DNA from: Octopus vulgaris | Taxonomy: Eukaryota | Assembly (NCBI GenBank): GCA_951406725.2 | Contig: OX597823.1 | Coordinates: 35,836,001-35,900,000 of the forward strand | Length of the DNA: 64,000 nucleotides | Direction: 5' to 3' | Shown: positions 42,951 to 56,112 of the stretch, one piece after another | Layout of the letters: each line of letters starts with the position of its first letter | Position numbering within the stretch: position 1 is the first letter of the stretch | Made by a program: the position numbers and the translations under genes | The notes under the pieces: generated by a model | What the model saw: the letters and a program-made list of their open reading frames with translations, nothing else | What the model was told of the DNA's origin: nothing | Database searches by the model: none

Positions 42951-44289
42951 ACTATATATCACACTGTACTAGTGCACGACACCAAGGTGCCATATACAGA
43001 AACCACAAAGTTACAAAAGTTATAAACCCATAAAGTTATATAACTTTATGTCTGTATCGCCTTTAGACCCGAAAGATGTTGAATATGTTATACTAGAACT
43101 GAGGTGCCTCAATCGCGATGAATAAAACTCTTATGTCATACATGTCAACCAGTTTCAGGATTTCAAGCATTCCAATCTGCAGCCAATTGTTCATCATTGC
43201 TACGGAAGAATCTTTTTCTTTGGAACTGCATTGCTTGCAAGCAATCTTTATCCTGCGCTCATGATTTTTGTCCTTTTGTGAGATGTGGAAACTACTCTTT
43301 TTTGGACGAGCAGCCTCTTGGTTTGAGCGTTGTTCTCATCAAAGCAGTATTAGGTTTGACTGGAGTTTCTTGTGAAATACTAGTACTCCTGATAAGCTAC
43401 GGAAATGCCTGCTTTTAGAGCACACCATATGTTTTCAGCGATGTTATATGGTTCCAGACTAGTGGGAGATGGTTTTTCAACCAAATTCTGCTGAAATTGT
43501 TACACTTTTGCTGGATCTGAGTTCCAGTGTTGATTTTCCGCTGTTATTGTTTCTACTATCAATGCCACGTATGTAGCAGATGCTTATATAGCTGCTATTG
43601 ATATTGTTGTTTCAAGGAAGAAAGCTTTTCCCCTTTTTTATCCTCGCTCACCGCCATCCTCTGCTTCCAAAATACACTGCGACATTTCAGGACATGTTAC
43701 ACAAAAAATATGTTTGTAATCGTATTTCTTTTTCTTTTGTTTATTTATTTTTGTTCTTTCTCATGATGATTTTTCTATTAATGGTGAATCTAATGGAGAA
43801 TCTGCTTTGTCTTTTATATTTCCAAGAGTGATAAAGTAAAAACTTGTCAAGTCCTGACAATCGATATAATTGACTGTACCCGTACTTCATAGTTTGTCAT
43901 CCTGTATATCATTAAAAGCGATGGATCAGAAAAAGGGAACAGAGACTAATTGATTGCCCAGCAATATTCAGTTATTCTATGTTCTAAGTTCAAATCTTGT
44001 CGACATCAATTTTACGTTTCATCCTTCTGAAATTAATAAAATAAATACAAGTACTGGATCAATATAATTAATTTAATCTTCTTTCAAAATTTCCAATCTA
44101 ACTTGTACAAGTGTCAGAAATAATTGATAATAATCATTTTATTTCATTGATTCTTGATGGCGTCATTTAAATGTGGTTGTTATCACAGTTGTTGTTGATA
44201 TTGTTGTTATTGTTGTTGTTGCTGTTGTTGCTGCTGCTGCTGCTGTTGATGTTTTGTTGATGTTGTAGTTACTAGTTTTCGTTTTTATT

Positions 44290-44520
44290 GCTACTCTTTT
44301 ACTCTTTTACTTGTTTCAGTCATTTGACTGTAGCCATGCTGGAGCACCGCCTTTAGTCGAGCAAATCAACCCCAGGACTTATTCTTTGAAAGCCTAGTAC
44401 TTATTCTATCGGTCTCTTTTGCCGAACCGCTAAGTTACGGGGACGTAAACACACCAGCAACGATTGTCAAGCGATGTTGGGGGAACAAACACAGACACAC
44501 AAACATATACACACACACAC
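44290..44520 (-). mobile_element. SINE family B, 3' half
   Basis: ctcttttactcttttacttgtttcagtcatttgactg...gccgaaccgctaagttacgggg. Confidence 0.9.
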
Positions 44521-44800
44521 ACATATATATATACATATACATATATAGAATAATTATATATGTATATAATTAATATTGTATATATATATACATATATTAC
44601 ATATATATATATGTATGTATATGTATATATATATATATGAATATGCATGTATATGTGTGTGTTCACATGTATTACGTGCATGTGTGAATATATATTTATA
44701 CTAAATATATATATGGGCTCTGTATAAAATGACAGGCTCTACAGTGGAGAAACTGGGTAAATTGTCAAGCTCAATATACGATACAGGAAAGGATTTATTT

Positions 44801-45513
44801 GGTGCGCATTGATGCCGTCGAGAGGTAGACCCCGAAACTGCGCGCATTCTCTCCTGATGACCCCATACACTTGTTGGCTTCCGGTATGCGGAGTTTTTGA
44901 CTGGTAGCACTTGCATGTGCAAGTTGTTTGCAAGACATCTAAGACCTTGTGGTAGGTAACCACTGACAAACCGAAAAGACGGTTAGGCATCTTGGAAAGA
45001 CGAGTGGACTGCTCGGAAAGACGAGCGGACAATAGGAAAGAATATCGACACCAGGAAAGACTGGCGGAGGCTGCGGACTTACGATCCTCGCCTTTGTAAT
45101 ATATTGTAACAGATATGAATGGAAATGACAACCCCACGATTGACCGAGAGGAGGGAGTCGAGAATCAATCAAACCCAGTCAGCACGGAAATGACCTTGGA
45201 AACGAGTACGTAAAGTCAATACCACCATGACCGATATCCAATCTACAGTGGAAAAGGCTAGCCACTGGATTTGGTTAAAAAGAGACGATGAGCGATGGCT
45301 AGAAGGATATTGAGCTTTATTTGATAACCAGTTGATCTAGCAAGCGGGACCTCATATCAGTGAGGGGGGCCGGTGCGCATTGATGCCGTCGAGAGGTAGG
45401 CCCCGAAACGACGCGCATTCTCTCCTGATGACGCTATACACTTGCTGGCTTTCGGTATGCGGAGCTTTTGACTGGTAGCACTTGCATGTGCAAGTTGTTT
45501 GCAAGTCACCTAA
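44801..45513 (+). mobile_element. Internally deleted HERO-like retroelement with ~140-bp direct terminal repeats
   Basis: Repeats 44801-44942 and 45372-45513 (period 571); ATG at 45115 gives a short N-terminus joined out of frame to TVEKASHWIWLKRDDERWLEGY* (stop 45311-45313), a HERO-type RLE C-terminus; candidate TSD TTATTT. Confidence 0.75.
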
Positions 45514-45519
45514 TTATTT

Positions 45520-45900
45520 CACTTCTCTATTCCCATAATTTATTAAACAGTCTATTGTTTTTACACATCATCACCATTTTTCGTATTTTGCATGGGTATG
45601 TCTGCATTATCATTATTTCTATTAATTTATGACTAACTATATTTTTTTCATAACTGTTTATATATTTTAACTGTTCATTGTATTCTTGCTGTTTTTATAT
45701 TTTCATTTTGTTTTAAATATAATATATCTCTATGTGCATCCTTCCCTGAAGAAACTCTCACTTGTAGTAATTAACCAAATTAATTTAGTTAAATTAAATT
45801 AAATTTGGTTAATTTTTATGCTGCAAGTGATGAATTGAACCAATTGTAGGTCTGGTCTTGTCAAAGATAATAAACTTTTATTAATCTTATTTCCATCTTC
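45520..45900 (+). mobile_element. Penelope-type terminal repeat with degenerate long-stem-II hammerhead
   Basis: CTGAAGA at 45746-45752, ~85-nt hairpin (tcacttgtag/ctgcaagtga, aattaaccaaatt/aatttggttaatt), then GAAc-caatt-GTA. Confidence 0.55.
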
Positions 45901-45906
45901 TCTCTC

Positions 45907-46062
<156 letters not shown>

Positions 46063-46199
46063 AGTATATATAAGTTAGTTTATATTCTGTTAATAACGTA
46101 GTAGAATACTGTATAAAGCTCGTCCACCTTCAGATTTCACCCAGCGCTATCCAGGTTGGGACTTCTGTAATTGAATATGTTGGAATCTACAAGGAGTAC

Positions 46200-46460
46200 A
46201 GAGGAACATTTATATGTTATCATTACAATTGTTTTTATGCAACGTAGTTCTCCAGGTTTCTTCGCTAGTTCTAGTAGTGATTCAATAATAAGAACAAGGT
46301 TATTGGCGTAGAGGAACTCCCAATGGCAGCCAGTCTTAAATTCCTCTATTACAACCTGGAGGATTATGATAAATAACAGGGGCTAAGACCCGATCCCTAT
46401 TGGACTCCTACTTGTATACTAAATTCCTTGCTACACTCATTAGTGACTAAGAGCTTCCCG
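46200..46460 (-). mobile_element. RTE-like RT remnant
   Basis: EFSIQVGVQ*GSGLSP / LFIIILQVVIEEFKTGCHWEFLYANNLVLI (YADD region decayed). Confidence 0.75.
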
Positions 46461-46465
46461 TACAT

Positions 46466-48043
46466 TAGGGTGGAGCGAAAAATGCAACTTTCGAAATTGG
46501 TAACCAAGAATCGATATTTTGTGGCGAGTTATAGTTAAAAGAAAGGTGTATAAAGAACTTTCCGGTTAAATATTTTTTTCAGGGAAATTTTTAAAATTGC
46601 TAATTTTTGGTCGACTTTTGGATTTCATAGATTGTAAGTCGTAAGGAATACATATTTCTACATAGCAGAATGCAAAACAGTAAATATAGTATCCCTAAAA
46701 GGTTGCATACCAAGTTTCAATACAATTTACTAATTTCTTGAAGTCTCGCATTGGCTACAAAGACAATGGGGTGTGAACTTCTCTCCAGTGCCGCTACAAC
46801 GGTCGTTGCGTGTGGACGTACATCGCACGAGTGTTAAGTTTTCTGCTTTGTTCCTTGACTTTAGGCAATTGTATTAAAATTAATGATCGTGTAAAATTCA
46901 GTGTTGTTTACATTTAGTGATGACTCATAAGCCAATAACGCTTCATGATATTGAATGCACAATATTTTGCACTCCATGTGATGTTAGCGAGCGAATTTTG
47001 CCGTCTTTCAAGAACGTATTAAAATGTGTTTTATTTGAACAAGAAAAAAAGAATGTAGTTGAGAAAGATCCTTCAAATAGACAAATTCTCAAGATTGCAA
47101 CAAAAAAGATAATTCTTCTTTGACAAAAGGCACCCATTCTTTGTGTTACGATTGAGTCAGTTAAACCAAAAAATTTTAACTTTTATGTAAAATACCAAGC
47201 GTTACTAAAATCTGTGAAAAATAGAAAAAATGCGCCATTGTTTCAAACAAAGTATAATGTGTTTAAAAACAATGCAATAAAAATTTATTTGACATTTCCT
47301 GTTGCACGTGAAACTCTTTTAAAAAACTGCAGTTGTACTAGAGTCAAAAATGTACCACAGAGTGAACAAGATTTTTTTACGGGATCAATGGGACAAATCA
47401 AAAAATGATTATTGGTGGAATAGATCAAGCAGTATCTAAACAGAATGTTCAGAGGTTGATTAAAGAGAATCGGCCAGATCACAGTTACCCTTCTACGTCA
47501 GCAAAGGTAAGTATAAGATTTTTGGTTTAACTAACTCGTTCGTAACACAAGAGATGGATGCCTTTTGCCATAGAAGAATTATCTTTTCTGCTGCAATCTT
47601 GATAATTTGTTTTAATGTGTGTGTAATCTATACCTCATATAAAACATATATTCGGTGACCTCGTATTAAAAATAATAAAGAAAAGAAAATCGAAAAGTAT
47701 ATCTTTTTCACATAATTTCGAAATTTCAAGTGCGTTGCGGAGCTTGAAGATATAAATTTTAGAGTTTCAGATTTTAACACTTTTGTTTTTAAAGGATTTT
47801 GCAAAAGGAAGTTGATTTGTAACAATGAAGGTAAAAAATAAAATGAGGAACAGCAAACGTGTTATAAATTGCTTTTTCGCTCATTATTCAAAATTTCAAG
47901 TGGGCGTCGGAGCCTGAAGATATAAATTTAAGAACTTCAAATTTTAACACAGTTTTTTTTTAAAGGATTTCGCAATAAAAGATATATTGTTAAATACATA
48001 TTTCGAAAATCTGTGTAAAAGGTACCTTTTTCACTCCACCCTA
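46466..48043 (+). mobile_element. hAT (hATm-like) DNA transposon, internally deleted
   Basis: TIRs TAGGGTGGAG(C/T)GAAAAA at both ends; N-terminal transposase remnant (LP..K.VL...LFDISCC...CSC...VP..EQDF); ~85-bp subterminal direct repeats near 47720 and 47890. Confidence 0.8.
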
Positions 48044-48304
48044 GTCCACATCCTTTCTCTCTGTCGTGGGTATGCGAAGTAGTAATATCCACTCAGTATA
48101 TACCATAGCCACCCACCCACTCTATCAATCTCTCTCTCTCTCTCTCTCTCCCTCTCTTTCGTTCTCTCTCTCTCTCACACACAAGCACGCACGCACAAAC
48201 GCGCACGAATACACACACGCATACACATTTATATATATGAAATAATCAAATACTTTCGTTTTCAAAATATCGTTCACATAATGTATATATAAATGTTATG
48301 TGAA

Positions 48305-48473
48305 CGTGGTTATATGGTAAGAAGCTTGCTTCTCAACCATACGGTTCCAGGTTCAGTCTCACTGCGTAGCACCTTTGTTTGGCAAGTGTCTTTTACTATA
48401 GCCTCGGGTCGATTAAATATTTGTGAGTGGATTTGGTAGACGGTAACTGAAAGAATCCGTTATATATATATAC

Positions 48474-48529
<56 letters not shown>

Positions 48530-48539
48530 GTGTGTGTGT

Positions 48540-48575
<36 letters not shown>

Positions 48576-48725
48576 GTAGGTATGTATGTATATACACACA
48601 CGCGCAAGGAATAAGTCTTACAAAGAATAAGTCCTGAGGTTGATTTCTTCGAATAAAAGCTTTTAGGGCGGCGCTCCAACATGGCCGCTATCAAATGACT
48701 GAAACAAGTGAAAGAATAAGAGAAT
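48305..48725 (+). mobile_element. SINE family B variant
   Basis: gtggttatatggtaagaagcttgc head, internal TA/TG tract, ggcggcgctccaacatggcc tail. Confidence 0.85.
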
Positions 48726-48911
48726 ATGTAGTTTCACTTTTCCCTATTACAAACTCTTATTTTCTTTTTCAAGTAAAGGATAACATTTTACTGATATCAT
48801 CGATCTAAAAAATGTAAACAAACATACTCGAGCGCATACACATTCATACACTCACACAAGCTTATGTATGCACATGCATAGGTGTATATAAATATGTATG
48901 CGTATATGTAA

Positions 48912-48984
<73 letters not shown>

Positions 48985-48989
<5 letters not shown>

Positions 48990-50736
48990 GGAGGAAGCGC
49001 TCAACCAGCTTCAAAATCCCCTCTTCTATCGCTTCCTCCCCTCCGATCCCACCTCCTCCTACCAACAGCGAGTGTCCTCCACCATCCACGACCTCATCTC
49101 CTCCTCCGCTCTCCCCCTCACCGCCACCAACCTCATCGTCCGCACACCCCGCACCTCCACCATCTACTTCCTTCCCAAGATCCATAAACCCTCTAACCCT
49201 GGCCGTCCCATAGTCTCTGCCTGTAATTGCCCCACTGAACTCATCTCCCTATATCTCGACCGCATCCTGTCCCCCTTAGTCGCAGCCCTCCCATCCCACA
49301 TACACGACACCAACCACGCCCTCCGTCTCTTCAATTCCTTTTCCTTCCCTTGCAGCCCCTCACACCTCCTCTTCACCTTAGATGTAAAATCCCTGTACAC
49401 AGTGATTCCCCACAATGACGATCTCCTAGCCCTCCAACACTTCCTCGACCGTCGTCCCGACCCCACCCCCAGCACCCCCACCCTTCTCCGTTTGGCTGAG
49501 CTCGTCCTCACCCTCAATTGCTTCACGTTCGCCGGGGAAACGTACCAACAGGTGTCCGGGGTCGCGATGGGAACTAGGATGGGCCCCAATTTCGCCAATC
49601 TCTTTCTTGGCTACATTGAGGCCCAAGTGTTCTCCCAGTTCTCTGGGCCGACCCCCGAACTATACGGTCGCTATATCGACGACTGCGTAGGTGCCACCTC
49701 CCTTTCCCGTGAACTTCTCTGCCAATTCATCTCTTTCCTTTCCAACTTTCACCCCTCTCTTCAATTCACCTCCACCATCTCCAACACCTCTGTCAACTTC
49801 CTTGACATCTCTCTCCGCATCGATCACCCCTCCAGCTCTCTCACCACCACCGCCTTCTTTAAACCTACGGATTCCCACCTCTATCTCAACTTCTCTTCCT
49901 CCCACCCCTTCCACACCAAACGAGCCATCCCCTACTCCCAGTTCCTCCGCCTCCGACGTTTGTGCAGCCGCGACCAGGATTTCGAGACCCAATCTCAATA
50001 CCTGGCCCGCATGTTCAGACTCCGAGGTTACCCACCCACACTCCTCTCTGATGCCCTCACCCGCGCCCGTCGCATCGACCGCACTACCGCCCTGTCTCCT
50101 TCCCCCCGCCCACCCCCCAACCGCACCCCCTTCCCCCTCCTTTTCCACCCCTCTACCCTACCCCTTCGTCGCAAGATACTACGTGCCTTCCGTCGCCTCC
50201 AGCTTGATCCCACCACCCGCCCCATTTTCCCTAACCCACCCCTGTCCTCTTTCAAACGAGCCCGCAATCTGCGTGACCTCCTGGTCCACAGCACCCTCTC
50301 TCCTTCCCCCTCAGCCCCACACGGATCATTCCCTTGCTCTAGATCCCGCTGCAACACTTGCCCCTTCATCACCAACACCACCGCTGTCACCGGCTCCAAC
50401 CTGCATACTGTACGCATTAGGCACTCTTTTACGTGCACCTCGTCTGGCCTTATTTACTGCATTAAATGCAACCTATGCGGGATGCTGTATGTAGGACAGA
50501 CGGGACGCCGGTTGTCCGACCGTTTCACTGAACACTTGAGGGACGTTCGCCTACACTCTTTTTCTCCCGTCGCACGCCACTTCCGCTCGGCCGGCCATTC
50601 CCGAGATGACATCTCAGTGTTTGGTCTCGCCCCCCACAATGGTCGCCCACTTTCCAGGCTCCACTTGGAGCAACGCTACATCTTCACCCTACAAACTACC
50701 ACCCCACACGGACTTAACACAGCCCCCTCCTCTTGA
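48985..50736 (+). CDS. Penelope-like (Neptune-type) reverse transcriptase + GIY-YIG endonuclease, 5'-truncated but uninterrupted
   Basis: [45 protein letters not shown], CxxxxCxxC linker, [26 protein letters not shown]; no stop for ~580 codons; the upstream YI repeat is the (TA)n target. Confidence 0.96.
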
Positions 50737-53608
50737 GATCCGTTTTTTTTTTTTTTTTTTTTTCCGGACACACCACCCACACACACCCACCCACCTACCT
50801 CCCACACGCCTGTTCACACACACACATACGTAGACCCATCTACGTACATACATTCACACATTTAATCACACACACTTACAGACACACATGCACATACACA
50901 CACACATACATACATGCACACACGCATACATACTTACACACACACACACACAGACATACATACACACATACACACACACATACATACGCACATACATACA
51001 CACACACTCACACACACACACACCGCACGTACATACTTCACACACACACACATGCACACATACATGTAGGCACATACATACATACATACCCACACATGCA
51101 CACCCGTACACTGAATGCACACACACATACACCTTTTTGCATCCAGGCAGCCCCCCTCTTTTCTGCTTTCCGGTTTTGGCTGATGGATCCTCGGTTCCCG
51201 CGTAGCGGGGCGTTCGAGGGCCTTTGCGCTCGCGCGCCTTGGCGCGCGCTGGGGGCTTGGTCGGCCCCTTTGGGCTTGCGTTGTACTGCTTGTGCGTTGT
51301 GTGCGTGAGCGCGCTTCGTGTGTGTGGGCTTGCTTCGGATGTGCGCATGCGTATGTATGCATACATACCCACACACTCGCATGCATCCCTACCCACATAC
51401 ATACACGCACACCTACTCACACACACACATACACACACACACACATACCCGCACACACACACACATACATACATACACACACATACCCACTTCAGACATA
51501 CACACACACAGACATACACCCATACACTCACACTCACACGCATACACACACACACATACACACGCACACGTACACATACACACACACACACACACCTACA
51601 TACATACATTACACTTGTATACACACACACTTACATTCATACACACACACACCTACACAGCCATACCCTCACTCAGACACACACATCTACCTACACACAC
51701 ACACAAACACACACTGACACACACCCATACATACATACATCTACACACTCACGCCTACACACATACATACACACATACATAAACACACACACATACACAT
51801 ACACACACATACGCACACACGCATATACTTATACACATGCACACACACACACATACATACATACACCCATATACATACACACACACATACCTACATACTC
51901 CTATACGCACATACATACACACAGACATACACATATACAAACTCACACAAACATACACACACATACTTACATACACACTCACCTGCACGCGCACACACAT
52001 GCATGACAAACACCCATACACTCACACTCACATACGCACACACCAACATAAACACGCACACGCACACACACACCTACACTCCCACAAACATACACACGCA
52101 CCTACATACACACACGCACGCATACACACGCATACACACATACATTACACACGTACACACACACCTACATACACATGCATACACACACACACACAAACAT
52201 GCACGGACACACCCAGACATACATACATACACCTATATACACACGCCCACACACCTACATACACACACATATACACACGCCCACACAGCTACATACACAC
52301 ACATACATACACACACATACACGGACACACCCATACATACTTACATACATACACCTATACACACACGCCTACACACCTACACACACACATGCATACACAC
52401 ACACACATGTACGCACATACACACACATATACGCACATACATATATACCCACACACATGCACACACACACACATACGCACATGCATGCACGCATGCACAC
52501 GCGCACACCTACACGCATACACACACACACACGCACGTACACATACATACATACACACACGCATACATACACCCATACACATACATGCATCCTACACACA
52601 CATACATACACACTCACACATACATACACACACACACACACTCACTCACACACCTGTATGTTCGCGCACACACATGCACATACACACACTTCCCCACACC
52701 CACACGTACATACATACACACTCATACACATACACACACACACACACACACGGACATACATCTATGCACACACATATATACACACATACTCACATACATT
52801 CATCGGACACACTGCCACCCAGACATACACACAGACACACTCACACATCCACACACACGCATACTTACGCGCACACTCGCAGGCGCGCGCACACACGCGC
52901 TTGCGCCGGTTCGCGCACGCATACGCGCCGCATGCACCTCGCCCTTGGACCCGACGAGACCTCCCGCCCGTTCCTGGGATCGTCGCTTGTCGTTGGGTTT
53001 TCCCACGCCCGTCTCCGCGGGACCACTCTTCCATCTTCCCCTCAGCTGGAGTCCTTTTCCTTAACCCCCCCCCTTTTTCGTTACACACACGCGCACACAT
53101 ATACACACATTGCTTAAATATATACATTACTCTTACACACATTCAATCTACTCGCCATTAATACTACCACGACACTGGACACACACACACACTACTACTC
53201 AACACACGCTGGCACGCTACATACGCCCCCACCCCTTCCCCTCCCTCCCTTCCTCCTTCCTTCTTTTTCTTACTACTGACCTTTGTCTGCTATGCTGCTG
53301 CTATGCTGACCACCGTCTCGCCCTACCTCACACGCCTACACACAGACGCACACACTAACACATACATATATTTTTTGTTTTTTTATCTCGCCTCACACAC
53401 ACACATACACACACGCACACGCACACACACACACATCTGTTGCGTTACCAACCTTGTCTCCACTCTTTTGCCTTTAAAAACCCACTTTGCTCTTGTTATC
53501 GTAAACATCCGCCTTTCACCATGTGTAACTCCTAAACACCAGTCGTTTTTTTTCTCTATCTCCGTTGCCCGCTCTGGGATCTTTCTTTCCTCTCTCTTCC
53601 TTCTTTAT

Positions 53609-53643
53609 GTTTCCGACGAAGAGCTCCGCTCGAAACGTCATAC
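53609..53643 (+). ncRNA. Minimal type I hammerhead motif (U4 replaced by C)
   Basis: gttt-CCGACGA-a-GAGC tcc GCTC-GAAA-CGT-C-atac; palindromic ACGT stem III as in Penelope-associated dimeric HHRs. Confidence 0.7.
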
Positions 53644-53729
53644 CTCCCTGCTTCCATTTCCTGAGCGCCTATTAATAATAATACTGTAATTGTTCCATTG
53701 TTGTTGTTTTTTTGTTTCCCGTTTGGATT

Positions 53730-53816
<87 letters not shown>

Positions 53817-53871
53817 AGACAGACGGACAGACAGACAAAAAGAGAGCGCGGGAGATATGTCTATAAAATAA

Positions 53872-53923
<52 letters not shown>

Positions 53924-53947
53924 GTATTATGTATGTGTGTATGTATC

Positions 53948-54016
<69 letters not shown>

Positions 54017-54089
54017 GTGCAGATTTGTATGTTTTGTTTTATGTGTGTATTCTCATACACATATCTGGACATGCTCGTATATATTTAAA

Positions 54090-54480
54090 TGAGTTTCTGG
54101 AAAGTTTTACTGAATTTTACAATTCCAGTGATGGATTGGATCTATAGTCTTAGAATTAGCTTTCTTCTTTCTGGTTTTGAGAAGCCTAATTTCTGAAGAT
54201 TGGTATTTAGGCAGTGTGTTACATTTTCTAGAGCCCCAATAATTACAGGTATAAACTTGAACTTGTAATCTGTATAGAGTAACTACAGATTTCTCAATAG
54301 TTCGGCATATGTGTTCTCTTTTCCACTGATCTTCAGCTTTATGTTAACATCCGCTGGGCAGCTAATTTCCACAACTGTAAAGTTTTTCTTCTTCATCTCA
54401 AATCATTATATCAGGTCTGTTGTGCTTATATTTTATTGAGGTCTTCTTTGGGTTATTCCACCAGTACTCCTTTTCATTAT
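54090..54480 (-). mobile_element. R4/NeSL-group RLE remnant
   Basis: KHNRPDI, VVEISCPADVNI, KENTYAEL, FIPVIIGAL. Confidence 0.8.
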
Positions 54481-54744
54481 GAGTGGCAATGTATATTCGC
54501 ATGTATGTACATATGTATGTACAGTAATACCTCATTTTACGAGGACCCGCTTTACGAAACCCCAGGTTACGAGTTTTATTTTATAATAAATATAAAGATC
54601 CAAATTTTGAACAAAATGCAAAGGTTTTTACTACTCTAACAAATCCTTCTGGTGTTTCTGCATCTTACCGAGAAATTTATATTTGCAAATGTACAACCTT
54701 CCAGATTTCTGAGTACCTTATTTTTTCTCACATATATATATATA

Positions 54745-55160
54745 TATGTCTGGAAGATCCTGGAAGGAATCGTGCCAAATTTTGGCAATGTAAGCTACAC
54801 CAATGCTAGAACGGGACGACACTACATAGTGCCAAAGATCCCAGCAATGCCATCACGCTTCAGGACCAGCTTCTGCAACAGCCTGGGTTTCAAGGGCCCA
54901 CAGCTTTTTAATATTCTCCCAAACAGTCTGAGGAACTTGCACAAAGTAGATGTAGCGGTTTTTAAATCAAAGCTGGACATCTTCCAGTCAAGAGTCCCAG
55001 ATGAACCTACCTCACGGCAAGAGATGCAAATGAGAGTAGCTATATCAAACTCCATTCTTCACCAAGTGCCACATATTAGACGAGGTTCTTCGTAATAACA
55101 ATGTAGCACAAAACGGCGGTGCATCAGCATGGCTGCAGCTCTGAGCTGATACTAGAAAAA

Positions 55161-55165
<5 letters not shown>
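54745..55165 (+). mobile_element. 3' end of an APE-type LINE (CR1/L2/Jockey group; clade uncertain)
   Basis: YVWKILEGIVPNFG...GPQLFNILPNSLRN...FKSKLD...VPDEP, then a 3' tail shared with SINE family B. Confidence 0.75.
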
Positions 55166-55199
<34 letters not shown>

Positions 55200-55204
<5 letters not shown>

Positions 55205-55730
55205 CTTTACATAGACCTACACATGTTTCAACCGCATCGATTAGTAACCGTTGTAGTCGCAACCCTACTATAACACCGATGCAGTTTCTTGAGTGTATTT
55301 ATTTAATATTCTTCAATTTAACTGCTTGAAATTTTTCGTTTATCTTCGTTGCGTTGTATGATGTAAAATTGTTCCTTAAGTTAGACACGAAATATCTTCA
55401 ATTCACTTATAGTCCGTTATTTAAAAACATTCTGTTGTTTAAATGCGTATTATTAATTTATACTGAGCAAGCATCTCGAAGCTTCTTGTCTAGATTTTAT
55501 TACATTACCCTTAGATGTAAAAATTTGGTAAAATTCTCCTAAACAAAAGTCACATTTTTTAGTTCCAGGTCTGTATGGTTTTGCAGTACAGATTAATTCC
55601 CAATTGAAAGTAAAGTCTTTATTTCTATCTTTAACAGACCAGATTAATTTACTAAGACTTATTTGGAATCTTTTATTTTTATCTCTAAATGAGCTCAAAT
55701 GATTGGTCAGTCTCCTCTTAAAAATTAATG
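55200..55730 (-). mobile_element. Penelope-like 3' fragment: GIY-YIG C-terminus plus degenerate HHR
   Basis: FKRRLTNHLSSFR...LSKLIWSVK...W...AKPY....KCDFCLGE; downstream CTCAAGA-aactgcatcg...cgatgcggtt-GAAAC-atgt-GTA. Confidence 0.8.
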
Positions 55731-56030
55731 ATGTCTGCATATATATATGTGTGTATGTGTTTGTGTGCATTTATATGTACATATATATGTATGTTTGTGT
55801 GTATGTGAGTGTGTGCGTGTGCGTGTATGTATACACAAACACACATCACGTGAGCGATAATTTTCAACCGTTATGTTTCAGTTGTACTTGATACATCAAG
55901 TGCTTGAATTTTGTGTATGTACATACAATTACAAGATTACTGACATGTATTAATGGTTTTCCCTATTGTGTTGATATGCCATTTTCTGACATTAGTAAAA
56001 CTGTCGGCATTTTTGATGACACGGGTATGC

Positions 56031-56112
<82 letters not shown>

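Larger units (their letters stand above)
48985..53732 (+). mobile_element. Whole Neptune-type insertion including a ~3-kb CA-rich 3' region and terminal HHR
   Basis: Bounded by (TA)n on both sides; HHR motif about 100 bp from the 3' end. Confidence 0.75.

Noticed and set aside
49164-50639. Overlapping antisense and alternate-frame ORFs in the Neptune element
   Set aside because: Expected from extreme C/T strand bias; low-complexity products.
50734-50736. TGA of the Penelope ORF as selenocysteine, as in some Naiad elements
   Set aside because: It falls at the normal C-terminus after HGLN and is followed by poly-T; domain order is RT-EN; no SECIS recognised.
50733-53161. Long His/Thr-rich and Cys/Val-rich ORFs (up to 426 aa)
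   Set aside because: Translations of CA-rich simple sequence, open in several frames on both strands.
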